Positions 1-9,704 of a stretch of 49,383 nucleotides of DNA are shown piece by piece. A model generated the notes under the pieces. The model had not been told where the DNA came from and did not search any database. It was given only the letters and a program-made list of their open reading frames with translations. The translations under genes and the position numbers were made by a program. Origin of the DNA: an archaeon (GTDB lineage Archaea; Undinarchaeota; CAZHTU01; JBDRCC01). Each line of letters begins with the position of its first letter. Position 1 is the stretch's first letter. The DNA lies in the NCBI GenBank assembly GCA_043822065.1, contig JBDRCC010000002.1, positions 1 through 49,383 on the forward strand, written 5' to 3'.

Positions 1-154
1 AGATTGGTTAGTAATTTCTAAGTTAAAATTTGATAGAAATATTGGTGGACATTCTGGAGATACCAAATCTAAAAGAGAGGCAGAAATAGAATCCGAAGCT
101 ACAATTAAACTAGCTTTGGAGCTATTTAATAAGTTTGATAAAATCTGCACCTAA
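1..154 (+). CDS. 3' end of an AT-rich ORF cut by the window edge, possible HEPN-type domain
   Basis: Frame from nt 2 reads DWLVISKLKFDRNIGGHSGDTKSKREAEIESEATIKLALELFNKFDKICT* (TAA 152-154). It has an RxxxxH motif (RNIGGH) followed by an amphipathic helix and is visibly more AT-rich than the rest of the window. Confidence 0.55.
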   Translation, partial: DWLVISKLKFDRNIGGHSGDTKSKREAEIESEATIKLALELFNKFDKICT

Positions 155-359
155 CCTCCTTATGCGCCAAAATAGTCTGTTTCGATTACTCTAGATACAA
201 TCGCCCCCATCAGTCGCATGCGACACCGTATTTCCCTATCCTGCCGTCAGCCGCATACGCGACAGAACCCTGTATGCGTATTTTCGTGGTTGTTTCCAGG
301 ATAATCCTGCCCCGGATATTTATTTATACTTGGGAGGAATACGGTTTGCGGGGTTCAAA

Positions 360-3317
360 TTGCACAGGATAGAGGTTACTATAAAGGGCGGCCTGCCCGA
401 CCCGATGGGCGACAAAATCCGCAGGGACCTCGCTGAAGACCTCGGCATAAAACTTGATTCTGTAAGGACGATAGATGTATACTCGACTGACATAGAGCTT
501 TCTTCAGAGGAGCTGGGAGAGGCTGTGCGGACATTTTCTGACCCGGTTGTCCATGAGTGCGCAGTGGACGCCCACCTGGCGAAGGACTTCGATTTCCTCC
601 TTGAAGTAGGGTTCAAGCCAGGGGTGACCGACAACGTCGGCAGGACTGCGCGGGAGGCCGTCGCAGACATAGTCAAGCGGGAATTTGAGGGCTCGGTCTA
701 CACGTCGCGCCAGTACCTTTTCAGGGGGAGCCTCACAAAGCAAATTGTCGAGAGGATAGCGCGGGACCTCGTCGCAAACAGCCTCATAGAGCGGTGGGGC
801 GTCTGGCATAAGGGTGAATGGTTGCCGGAGTCCGGGCTGGACCTGCCTGTTGTGAAAATGGCGCACCTGCCGGAGATTAGGGAAATTGACCTTGACGTTT
901 CTGACGAAGAGCTTATTGAAATCAGCAGGAAGAGCGTGCTTGCGATGGGCATTGAGGAGATGAAAATCTTCAGGGAGTACTTCAAGCGGAAGGAGGTCAT
1001 TGCGCGGAGGAAAAAAGCAGGGCTTTCGGACAAGCCGACGGACGGGGAGCTGGAATGCTTCGCCCAGACCCACTCCGAGCACTGCAAGCACAAGATATTC
1101 AACGCCAATATTAATTATACGGAAGGCAGGAAAAAGGAGCGCATCCAGAGCCTCCTCAAGACCTGCATCCGCGGCTCGACTGAGAGCATAAGGACGCGGC
1201 TCGGCAAAAAGGACTTCTGCAAATCAGTCTTCAAGGACAACGCAGGCATTATCAGGTTCGACGACGGCTGGAACCTCGCCTTCAAGGTAGAAACGCACAA
1301 CGCGCCTTCTGCGCTGGACCCCTACGGCGGGGCGCTGACAGGGATTGTCGGGGTAAACCGCGACGCGATTGGGACCGGGATGGGAAGCAGGCTGATATTC
1401 AACACGGACGTCTTCTGCTTCGGCTCGCCCTTCGCAGATGGAACCGATGTCCCTGAGGGCGTGCTCCACCCAAAGAGGGTATTCAAGGGAGTCCGGCGGG
1501 GCGTCGAAGACGGCGGGAACCAGATTGGGATACCAACAGTCAACGGGACTGTTTATTTTGACGACTGTTTCACTGCAAGGCCGCTTGTCTACTGCGGGAC
1601 CGGCGGGATTATGCCTGCCAAGGTTCGCGGGAAGCCAAGCCAGGATAAGAAGGCCAAACCAGGCGACAAAATAGTGATGGTCGGTGGAAGGATAGGAAAG
1701 GACGGAATCCACGGGGCGACTTTCTCCTCAGTAGAGCTTGATGAAGCCTCCCCTGCGACAGCGGTGCAGATAGGGGCGCCGATTGTCCAGAAGCGGTTCC
1801 AGGACATGATTATAGAAGCTAGGGACATGGGGCTTTACAGCTCAATAACTGACAACGGCGCAGGCGGGCTTAACTCGTCTGTTGGCGAAATGTCAGAGCA
1901 GTCCGGCGGCTGCACCTTCGATGTCAGCCTTGCGCCCCTCAAGTACCAGGGGCTCCAGCCCTGGGAGATACTTGTCAGCGAGGCGCAGGAGAGGATGACG
2001 CTCGCAGTCCCACAGGAGAAGGTTGGCGAATTCCTTGAGCTCTGCAGGAAGCGCGAGGTTGAGGCGGCAGTCCTTGGCGAGTTTAATGATTCCGGGGTGT
2101 ACCATGTCAAGTACGGCGAAAAGACGCTCGTGTATCTTGATATGGAGTTCCTCCACGGCGGGCTCGCAAAAATGGAGCTTGAGGCAGAGTGGAAGGCGCC
2201 GAAGTTCAAGGAGCCGAAGCTTCAGGAGAAAAAGGATTACACCCGCGACCTCAAGGAACTGCTTGCAGACCTGAACATCTGTTCCAAGGAGTGGATAGTG
2301 CGCCAGTACGACCACGAGGTCCAGGGCATGTCAGTCATCAAGCCGCTGATGGGGAAGGACAACGACGGGCCAAGCGACTCGGCTGTGCTTAAGCCGGTCC
2401 CTGGCTCGTTCCGCGGGATTGCCGTCTCGAACGGGATAAACCCGCAGTACGGCATGATTGACACCTACCATATGGCGGCCTGCTGCCTTGACGAGGCGAT
2501 ACGGAACATAATAGCAAGCGGGGGCACGCTCGAGAAGATTGCAGTCCTGGACAACTTCTGCTGGCCAAACCCCATATACGACAAGAAGGGAAACCCTGAC
2601 GGAAAATACAAAACTGCCCAGCTTGTGCGGGCGAACAGGGCGCTGTATGATTATACTATAGAGTACGGGACGCCGCTGATTTCCGGCAAGGACAGCATGT
2701 CAAGCGACAAGACTATTGCCGGGAAGAAATACTCGATAAAGCCGACCCTCCTTGTCTCCGGGCTCGGGATTGTGAAGGACGTGAGGAAGGCAGTCTCGAT
2801 TGACGCGAAGGATGAAGGGGACATCGTGTATGTCCTCGGCGAAACGAAGCCGGAGCTTGGCGGCTCGGCGTATTACAGAAAGAAAGGCTTTGTAGGCAAC
2901 AAAGTCCCGCGGGTTGACGCTAAAAAGGCAAAGCGGCTGTACTTCGCACTTGAAAAGGCGATGGAGAGGGGGCTTGTTGAGTCGTGCCACGACATAAGCG
3001 ACGGCGGGCTGGCGGTTGCCCTTGCGGAAAGCGCATTTGCAGGCGGCTTGGGCATGGAAGTTGATATTGGCAATGTTAAGAATGCTGGAACGATGGCGGC
3101 ATTTGAAGCCCTGTTCTCGGAGTCACAGTCGCGGTTTGTTGCAACCGTGAAGCCGGAGAACAAAAAGGAGTTTGAATCGGTTCTCAAGGGAAATGTGTTT
3201 GCGGAGATAGGGCTGGTTAAGGGCATGGACTTTGTCGTGAGGTCGAAAGGAAAAGCCATAGTAAAAGCGCCTATTGGCGGATTAAAGGAATCCTGGAAGG
3301 GGACCTTGAAATGGTAG
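360..3317 (+). CDS. purL: Phosphoribosylformylglycinamidine synthase, synthetase subunit (long ~985-aa form with N-terminal PurS-like region)
   Basis: Motifs QTHSEHCKHKIFN, FKVETHNAPSALDPYGGALTG, DGIHGATFSS, DNGAGG, SEAQERM, QYDHEV, ISGKDSM, HDISDGG, LFSES. Start placed at TTG 360 (MHRIEV), downstream of TTTATA at 323-328; the ORF track begins at 330. Confidence 0.95.
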   Translation: MHRIEVTIKGGLPDPMGDKIRRDLAEDLGIKLDSVRTIDVYSTDIELSSEELGEAVRTFSDPVVHECAVDAHLAKDFDFLLEVGFKPGVTDNVGRTAREAVADIVKREFEGSVYTSRQYLFRGSLTKQIVERIARDLVANSLIERWGVWHKGEWLPESGLDLPVVKMAHLPEIREIDLDVSDEELIEISRKSVLAMGIEEMKIFREYFKRKEVIARRKKAGLSDKPTDGELECFAQTHSEHCKHKIFNANINYTEGRKKERIQSLLKTCIRGSTESIRTRLGKKDFCKSVFKDNAGIIRFDDGWNLAFKVETHNAPSALDPYGGALTGIVGVNRDAIGTGMGSRLIFNTDVFCFGSPFADGTDVPEGVLHPKRVFKGVRRGVEDGGNQIGIPTVNGTVYFDDCFTARPLVYCGTGGIMPAKVRGKPSQDKKAKPGDKIVMVGGRIGKDGIHGATFSSVELDEASPATAVQIGAPIVQKRFQDMIIEARDMGLYSSITDNGAGGLNSSVGEMSEQSGGCTFDVSLAPLKYQGLQPWEILVSEAQERMTLAVPQEKVGEFLELCRKREVEAAVLGEFNDSGVYHVKYGEKTLVYLDMEFLHGGLAKMELEAEWKAPKFKEPKLQEKKDYTRDLKELLADLNICSKEWIVRQYDHEVQGMSVIKPLMGKDNDGPSDSAVLKPVPGSFRGIAVSNGINPQYGMIDTYHMAACCLDEAIRNIIASGGTLEKIAVLDNFCWPNPIYDKKGNPDGKYKTAQLVRANRALYDYTIEYGTPLISGKDSMSSDKTIAGKKYSIKPTLLVSGLGIVKDVRKAVSIDAKDEGDIVYVLGETKPELGGSAYYRKKGFVGNKVPRVDAKKAKRLYFALEKAMERGLVESCHDISDGGLAVALAESAFAGGLGMEVDIGNVKNAGTMAAFEALFSESQSRFVATVKPENKKEFESVLKGNVFAEIGLVKGMDFVVRSKGKAIVKAPIGGLKESWKGTLKW

Positions 3318-4132
3318 GGAAAATCCGCGTGATGGTGTTGACGGGAGAAGGCATAAACTGCGACTACGAGACGGCAGACGCCTTTATCAGGGCAGGCGGC
3401 ACGGCAGACCGCGTACACGTGAACGACCTGATAGCGGGGGCGAAAAAGCTTGAGGACTACCACATACTTGCAGTGCCTGGCGGTTTCTCCTACGGCGACG
3501 ACCTTGGCGCAGGCAAGGCTTTCGCAAGCAAGATTCTCCATGCGGCGTCAGGCGGCACGAGTCTCTTTGACGAACTCACTGGATTCATCTCTGACGGAAA
3601 GCTTGTCATCGGAATATGCAATGGCTTCCAGATACTCGTGAAGATGGGGCTCCTGCCGGCGATAAAGGGATACGGCGAACAGGAAGTTTCAGTATTCAAA
3701 AACGACTCAGGCAAGTTTGAGGACAGGTGGGTCAGGCTCACGACAAACAGGAAATCAAACTGCGTTTTCACGCGCGGGATTGACAGGGCAGAGTATGTCT
3801 GCAGGCACGGGGAGGGCAAGTTCATCCCAAGGGACGAAACAGTAGCCAGGGAGCTCTGGAAGAGCAACCAGGCGGTCTTCCAGTATGCGGATGCCGGGTT
3901 CAAGCCGACGATGGACTACCCGTCAAACCCAAACGGCTCGGTTGGCTCTATTGCCGGAATCTGCGACAGGACAGGCAGGGTATTCGGGCTGATGCCCCAC
4001 CCTGAGGCGTATTTGGACTTCACAAACCACCCGCATTGGACCAGAAGGAAAAAGGAAATGCCTGCGGACTGCAGGGGCGACGGGCTGAAGATATTCGAGA
4101 ATGCCGTAAATTACGTGCAGGAAAAGCTATAG
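3311..4132 (+). CDS. purQ: FGAM synthase glutaminase subunit
   Basis: GINCDYET, PGGFSYGDDLGAG, catalytic GICNGFQ, HGEGKF, NPNGS, GLMPHPE; overlaps the purL stop. Confidence 0.96.
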   Translation: MVGKIRVMVLTGEGINCDYETADAFIRAGGTADRVHVNDLIAGAKKLEDYHILAVPGGFSYGDDLGAGKAFASKILHAASGGTSLFDELTGFISDGKLVIGICNGFQILVKMGLLPAIKGYGEQEVSVFKNDSGKFEDRWVRLTTNRKSNCVFTRGIDRAEYVCRHGEGKFIPRDETVARELWKSNQAVFQYADAGFKPTMDYPSNPNGSVGSIAGICDRTGRVFGLMPHPEAYLDFTNHPHWTRRKKEMPADCRGDGLKIFENAVNYVQEKL

Positions 4133-5437
4133 CTGCCCGAGAACGTAGTGGTTGAAAAGAATCCTTGCGTTTATCCCCATGCCCATCGGAGTTATCGCAG
4201 AGTCGTCTTCCTTCGGCTTCTTCCATTTTTCAGGCAGGTATTTCCGCATCCCGCGGTTGCGCTCCTTTTCCCTCGTGTGCGCGGCCTTCCTGTCGTGCAC
4301 CTTGACCAATGCAGGGATTCCTTTGAGGGATTCGGGCGTGTTGCCTACGCCGATTGTGTTGCCGACACCGATTAGCAGGACGTTTTTGCCTTTTGGAACC
4401 CGCTCGACCGATTCGCCGATGAGCTCAAGCGCCTTGTTCTGCCCCTCAAGTATTTTGCCCCTGAGAGGCATTATCGCCTCGTCGATTGACATTTTGATTG
4501 CTATTGCGTCGATTGGCACGCCCTGCTTCAGCGCTATTTCCTCTATCTTTGCGCGCTCCGGATTTACTCCGCCGCCCATTGCAACGCCCACGCCCTCCGC
4601 AACCGAGCCAGTGAGCTCTCCCTCGAGCTTCGCTGCAGCGTCGACGGTTACTATTCGGCTTATCTTGTACTTGGTAAGGACCTTCAGGACTGCGTCTCCC
4701 GGCTTGCCAACCCTTCCGCCGGGCCCCTTGGACTTTAGGACGTAGACTTTTCTCTTGTTGAGGGAAGTCTCTGAAAGCATCATGTCTTCTGCGATTTCGA
4801 CCGGCTTCTTTTTTGACAGGGATGCTGCGACATATGGCCCGATTCCGTCGCCTATTGGGAACCGCTTGAGGAACGACTTCGTGCCCTCTAGCTGCCCCTT
4901 CGCCATCCTCTCAAGAAGCGGGAGCTGCATCTGTATTATTAGGGCTATCTGGAAATTCTTCATTTTTTTGGCGGTCTCGACAGCGTGCCTGACTATCTTT
5001 GCGAGCTGGTTGAGCCCGACAACGCCCTTCAGCGCCATTGAGATGTCCGCCTGCCCCTCTGTGTCAGAGCCGGGCAACATGAACCGTGTAGTCTCCTTGA
5101 ACCTGTCTTCAGATGAGTTGAGCAAGTGCTCGACCTTCTGGAGAATGCCGTACGGGTCTGCGTCCAGCGGCGGAACAACGAAGAATTCTGAGAGGGAGTC
5201 AACATACCTCTTTATGTTCTTTTTCTTTCCGCCGCGCTTGACGCAGTCGGCGACGACGCGCGACTTCGCCTCGGTGACCATGTTCTCGAACTTGACTGCG
5301 GCAGTCTCCATCCGCGCGACAAGCTGGTACATCTGGAGGCGGAAAAGGAAATAGAACAGAATAAACATTACTACGAGGTTCATGAGGTTCGCAACCCACC
5401 CACCCTGCTGAGTGTTGCCGAACAGTGACAGTGGCAT
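4127..5437 (-). CDS. DUF1512 family archaeal protein
   Basis: N-terminal TM helix; PIGDGIGP, KGPGGRVGKPG, VDAAAKLEGELTGSVAEGVGVAMG, IGVGNTIGVG. Confidence 0.85.
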   Translation of the reverse strand: MPLSLFGNTQQGGWVANLMNLVVMFILFYFLFRLQMYQLVARMETAAVKFENMVTEAKSRVVADCVKRGGKKKNIKRYVDSLSEFFVVPPLDADPYGILQKVEHLLNSSEDRFKETTRFMLPGSDTEGQADISMALKGVVGLNQLAKIVRHAVETAKKMKNFQIALIIQMQLPLLERMAKGQLEGTKSFLKRFPIGDGIGPYVAASLSKKKPVEIAEDMMLSETSLNKRKVYVLKSKGPGGRVGKPGDAVLKVLTKYKISRIVTVDAAAKLEGELTGSVAEGVGVAMGGGVNPERAKIEEIALKQGVPIDAIAIKMSIDEAIMPLRGKILEGQNKALELIGESVERVPKGKNVLLIGVGNTIGVGNTPESLKGIPALVKVHDRKAAHTREKERNRGMRKYLPEKWKKPKEDDSAITPMGMGINARILFNHYVLGQL

Positions 5438-5464
5438 TTCGAATTAGGATACGCAGGATTACTT

Positions 5465-6157
5465 TTATAGTTTTGGAGAAATTATTTTTTTTCTCGCCTC
5501 TTTGAAAAAACCGATAAGCGTATTAACTTCCCTGCCGGTGAGGACTGCCCTTCCGAAAATCCGCCCGAACATCATTTTCACGGTCGGCTTGTTGCGGATT
5601 CCTATCTCTTTGAGGAGCAAATCGATTTCTGAGGACAGGACTTCCTGCTCGCGAACGGATGCAAGCCTGAACTTTGGGGTCGGCATGTCTGAGAGCTCGT
5701 ATAATAGGACTGCAGCAGAGTGCGAGATGTTCATCACGCTGTACTCCTTTGCAGTAGGTATGTGGACCAGCAGGTCGCACTTGCGCACCTGGGGGTTTGT
5801 CAAGCCGATGTCCTCAGGGCCGAATACAATTGCCACTTTCCCGTTCAGCCTGCTGGCTTTTTTGCGGAGCTGTTCTGGAGTGAGGCTTATGCGGTGGAAG
5901 TGCTCGTCGCTGGCGGTTGGGATGCCTGTCGTGCCGATAAGGAAGTCATAGTTCCGCCTGAGCTCGTCGAAAGAGCCGTAGCGCTTTGCGCCCTTCAGGA
6001 CGTCCTGCGCGTGGACGGCGTATTTCCTTGCTTCGCTGTCGATTTTGATGCCCTTCCCAACAAGGATTAAGCCTGAAAACCCGAAATTCTTCATTGCCCT
6101 GGCTGTGGCGCCAATATTGCCAGAGTACTTTGGGGTGATGAGTGCTACTGAAATCAT
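5465..6157 (-). CDS. trmJ: SPOUT tRNA 2'-O-methyltransferase (TrmJ/TrmH group)
   Basis: PKYSGNIGATARAMKNFG, VFGPEDIGLTN, IPTAKEYSVMNISHSAAVLLYEL. Confidence 0.9.
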   Translation of the reverse strand: MISVALITPKYSGNIGATARAMKNFGFSGLILVGKGIKIDSEARKYAVHAQDVLKGAKRYGSFDELRRNYDFLIGTTGIPTASDEHFHRISLTPEQLRKKASRLNGKVAIVFGPEDIGLTNPQVRKCDLLVHIPTAKEYSVMNISHSAAVLLYELSDMPTPKFRLASVREQEVLSSEIDLLLKEIGIRNKPTVKMMFGRIFGRAVLTGREVNTLIGFFKEARKKIISPKL

Positions 6158-6170
6158 AATATCCAGAACG

Positions 6171-6962
6171 TCAATGGAGTATAAATTCTTCTTGCTTCCG
6201 GATAGAGCGCACCATCTTCATGAAAGGCTCAGTATCTAGGAGGTTCTCAAGCCCTGAGCCGAGAACGGCTATGTGCGAGACTATGCTCAAAAGGTCGCGC
6301 GCCCGTATTTTGCCTTCGACCCATTCTCCGCCAGTGAGCGGAATCACATATAGGTCGCAGTATTCGACATACGACTCCGGATCGGACGTAAGCTGGACAT
6401 AGTCGAAGCCCTTGATTAGCCTATAGCCCCTATGCCTCCAAAAGCTTATCCTTTCGTGAGCATCCATGGTGTCGCATTTTAATTCCTCGTGGGTCATCTT
6501 TTCCGGGTTGTTTATCTCCCCTATGAGCCCGTCAAAGTTTTCGTAGCCAAGCGTCTTCGCATCCTTCTTGAGCACCTTTATCGCATTCTCAGTTAGCTTT
6601 GTGCCTATCCCATGGCATCGGTATTCCGGCCTGACAACAGTCCACCAGACAGTGCCGAAGCATATGTCCTCGTCACACCCCATAAAGTCGAAGACTACAC
6701 CGCCAACGACGCGCTTCTGGTGCATGGCTACAAGCACGTGAAACCGCTTTTTTGCAGGGGCTTCCTCCTCAAGCGGGTGAAAAACGTTCTTTATTACCTT
6801 GATTTTCTTTTCTGGCTCAGACCGCATCTTGAGGTTCTCTATAAAAAACTCGAGGCTCTCCCGCTCATTTTCGTCCGGGAAGGCCGCCACATACACGCTG
6901 TTGAAGAACTCCGTAAGCAAGTCACTGTCCTCATAAATCTCTTTGTAGGATACGCCTATCAT
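6171..6962 (-). CDS. GNAT family N-acetyltransferase
   Basis: AFPDENERES, acetyl-CoA motif VRPEYRCHGIGTKL, RISFWRHRGY, FDYVQ. Confidence 0.8.
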   Translation of the reverse strand: MIGVSYKEIYEDSDLLTEFFNSVYVAAFPDENERESLEFFIENLKMRSEPEKKIKVIKNVFHPLEEEAPAKKRFHVLVAMHQKRVVGGVVFDFMGCDEDICFGTVWWTVVRPEYRCHGIGTKLTENAIKVLKKDAKTLGYENFDGLIGEINNPEKMTHEELKCDTMDAHERISFWRHRGYRLIKGFDYVQLTSDPESYVEYCDLYVIPLTGGEWVEGKIRARDLLSIVSHIAVLGSGLENLLDTEPFMKMVRSIRKQEEFILH

Positions 6963-7037
6963 AATATCAATATTTGACTAAGGGAGTATTTAATGCTTTG
7001 TCTGGAAAATCTTATAACTTAGGGCGCAGTGGATAGT

Positions 7038-7751
7038 ATGGTGCAGTCCAAGAGGGAATCGATGAAAAGGCTTGAGAATGCAGTCAGCGACGGGAAGGTC
7101 GACAGGCAGATGATGCCGGTTATCGGACGGCTGAACGAGCTTGCCGACTACCACACGACATCCTCCTGCGCAGGAAGGATAAACCTGTTCGAGATAAAGT
7201 CATTCGGGGAAAAGGGCACGCTCAACATCCTCGGCAAGTGGCACGAACCTGTCGGCCCGAAGGCTTTCCTTGCGGCCGCGCGCGCACACAAGGCAAATGA
7301 GCTCTGGCTGAAGGCCGAGCCGCCGATACTCCATGTAGTATGCTCAAACTTCGATTCGGCAAGGCGCCTCCTGACTGCGGCATACTCGGCAGGCTTCAAG
7401 AGCTCCTCGATAAAAAGCGGGGGCAAATCATTCATGGTCGAGATAACAAGCACAGAGCACCTGGAGCTGCCCCTTGGGAAGGGCGGCAGGCTGATGGTTG
7501 ACCGGAAGTACCTTGATTTCCTGCTCAGGACTGCAAACAGCAAGCTCAGACGCTCCCAGGAGAAGCTTGAGCGGCTGAAGAAGGAGCTCGCAGGCTTCAC
7601 GCAAAAGAGGCAGGCGCCGACCGAGGAGCAGATAAGCAAGGCGCTTGAGAAGATAAGGAAGCACATGGTCATCGTTCCGTGCGAGCCAGGACAGAAAAAG
7701 AAAGAATGCCGCCAATTGACGAAAAAATTGCAGAAGTCGAAGAAGAAATAA
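7038..7751 (+). CDS. taw3: tRNA(Phe) wyosine-derivative methyltransferase Taw3/TYW3
   Basis: GKVD..M..VI..LN, YHTTSSCAGRI, KWHEP, EPPILHV, AGFKSSSIK, VEITSTE. ATG 7038 preferred over GTG 7029. Confidence 0.9.
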   Translation: MVQSKRESMKRLENAVSDGKVDRQMMPVIGRLNELADYHTTSSCAGRINLFEIKSFGEKGTLNILGKWHEPVGPKAFLAAARAHKANELWLKAEPPILHVVCSNFDSARRLLTAAYSAGFKSSSIKSGGKSFMVEITSTEHLELPLGKGGRLMVDRKYLDFLLRTANSKLRRSQEKLERLKKELAGFTQKRQAPTEEQISKALEKIRKHMVIVPCEPGQKKKECRQLTKKLQKSKKK

Positions 7752-8782
7752 AGAGCACGCCTTACAACAAGGCATCCCAGCACCACATCGGGAAGCTCAA
7801 GGCGAAGCTATCCACGCTCAGGGACCAGCAGCTCTCCATAGGCAAGGGCAGGGGCGCTGGCAAGGGATATGCGGTAAAGAAGACCGGCGACGCAACCGTT
7901 GTTTTAGTAGGGTTCCCCTCTGTCGGCAAGTCAAGCATACTGAACGCACTCACAAATGCGGAGTCCAAAGTTGCGGCTTATGAGTTTACAACGATAGACA
8001 CTGTGCCTGGGGTTATGAAGTACCGCGGCGCGACCATCCAGCTCCTAGACGTCCCCGGGCTGGTGGAGGGCGCCAGCAGGGGCAAGGGCCGCGGGAAGGA
8101 AGTGCTTTCGGTTATCCGGGGCGCGGATGTCGTCCTTATGGTAACGGAGGCGGCAAAGCCAGAGCAGATTGAGAAAATAAAGACTGAAGTCTACGACGGC
8201 GGAATACGCCTCAACAAGAAGCCGCCGGACGTCCAGATTACCCGGAAGGCGTTCGGGGGGATAAGCCTGAGCACTGTCCGAAAGCTCCCGTTTGACCTCG
8301 AAGATGTCAGGAACGTCATGAACGAATATGGCTACCACAACGCGCATGTGCTCATCAGAGGGAGCCTCACATTCGACGAGCTGATAGACGCCGCAGCAGG
8401 CAACCGGTCGTACGTCCCCGGCATATTCGTGATAAACAAGACAGACCTGGCTGGGCACGTCAAAAGGATTCCAGATAGCGTCCTTGTTTCTGCGACGAAG
8501 AAGTCTGGCCTCGACGAGCTCAGGGCAGAGATATTCCGGAAGCTCAACTTCATGCGCGTATACCTGAAGCCGCAGGGCGGCAAGGCGGACTACGACGAGC
8601 CGCTGATAGTAAAGAGGAACGCGGCGGTCGAGGACGTCTGCAGGCTGCTTCACAAGGAATTTGTCAAGAGGTTCAGGTACGCAACCGTAAACGGAAAGTC
8701 TGCGAAGTTCGAGAACCAGAAGGTCGGGATAAGGCACAGGCTCGAGGACGGCGACGTGATTACAGTAATAACCAAAGACTAG
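7706..8782 (+). CDS. drg: DRG/Rbg family GTPase (OBG superfamily) with C-terminal TGS domain
   Basis: TPYNKASQHHIGKLKAK, GFPSVGKS, AYEFTT, LDVPG, NKTD, TGS-like QKVG..HRLEDGDV. Start at ATG 7706. Confidence 0.93.
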   Translation: MPPIDEKIAEVEEEIKSTPYNKASQHHIGKLKAKLSTLRDQQLSIGKGRGAGKGYAVKKTGDATVVLVGFPSVGKSSILNALTNAESKVAAYEFTTIDTVPGVMKYRGATIQLLDVPGLVEGASRGKGRGKEVLSVIRGADVVLMVTEAAKPEQIEKIKTEVYDGGIRLNKKPPDVQITRKAFGGISLSTVRKLPFDLEDVRNVMNEYGYHNAHVLIRGSLTFDELIDAAAGNRSYVPGIFVINKTDLAGHVKRIPDSVLVSATKKSGLDELRAEIFRKLNFMRVYLKPQGGKADYDEPLIVKRNAAVEDVCRLLHKEFVKRFRYATVNGKSAKFENQKVGIRHRLEDGDVITVITKD

Positions 8783-8783
8783 C

Positions 8784-9668
8784 TCACAATTGCATCTTTT
8801 TTATTTTTTTAACGAGCGCCGGGTGCTTCATCTCACCCTTCGAGACAATGACCTGGTGGGGATAGGCGATTTCGATGCCGTGCGCGTCAAACTTCTCCTT
8901 GATTAGAGTAGTAATCTCTGTGATTAGCTTCCTGCGCTCAACCGCGCTCTTTGACTCGACCCACGCCTTCATCTCGAGGTCAACGGAGGACGTGCCAAAC
9001 GCCCGGACAAGCACCTCCGGCTCAGGCTCGGCAATTATTGCCGGGTTTTCTTCAGCAATCTCCTCAAGGAGTTTCACTGCCTTCCTTAAGTCAGAGTCGT
9101 AAGATATCCCGACCGGGATGTCCAGCCTCCTGCGCTTCAGGCGGGAGTAGTTGATGACCATGTCCTGGGTAAGAATCTGGTTCGGGATGGTTATGACCTT
9201 CCCGTCAGGAGTTGAGATTGTCGTGACCCGGAAGCTGATGTCTGTCACGGTCCCCTCGAGCCCGCGGACGGATATCCAGTCGCCTATCTTGAATGGCTTG
9301 TCCACAGTGACGAAAATACCTGAAATTGCGTTCGCGACAACGTCCTTGGCAGCGAAACCCAGGGCGAGACCGATGACCCCAGCGCCAGCGAGAGTTGTGA
9401 CAAGGAGGGACTTCAGGTCGAGTACCGACAAGGCAACCAGGAAAACCACAAAGTAGACTGCGTAGGTTATGGCCCGCTGTATGACGTGGGCTGTGTGGTC
9501 AGGGAAGTCGTATATCTTCTTGTCGAAGTAAACAAAGGATTTCCGCTCAATGCGGAGGAAAATCTTCATTCCGATTATGAGGACGATGAGCTGAAATGTC
9601 TTGTACGCCCAGTAAGTGAGCCAGCCGAAGGGTATTTCGAACGGAATTAGCGAGAGGTATTCTATCAT
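8784..9668 (-). CDS. mscS: Small-conductance mechanosensitive channel
   Basis: GAGVIGLALGFAAKDVVANAISG, KPFKIGDWI, GTVTDISFRVT, TIPN, GISYDSD, GIEIAYP. Confidence 0.93.
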   Translation of the reverse strand: MIEYLSLIPFEIPFGWLTYWAYKTFQLIVLIIGMKIFLRIERKSFVYFDKKIYDFPDHTAHVIQRAITYAVYFVVFLVALSVLDLKSLLVTTLAGAGVIGLALGFAAKDVVANAISGIFVTVDKPFKIGDWISVRGLEGTVTDISFRVTTISTPDGKVITIPNQILTQDMVINYSRLKRRRLDIPVGISYDSDLRKAVKLLEEIAEENPAIIAEPEPEVLVRAFGTSSVDLEMKAWVESKSAVERRKLITEITTLIKEKFDAHGIEIAYPHQVIVSKGEMKHPALVKKIKKMQL

Positions 9669-9704
9669 AAGCTTTTTATCTCAATACTGTTTATTAGGTT
9701 TCGC

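Noticed and set aside
183-330. Purine-related riboswitch ahead of purL
   Set aside because: The hairpins lie upstream of the apparent TATA box and show no riboswitch consensus I recognise.
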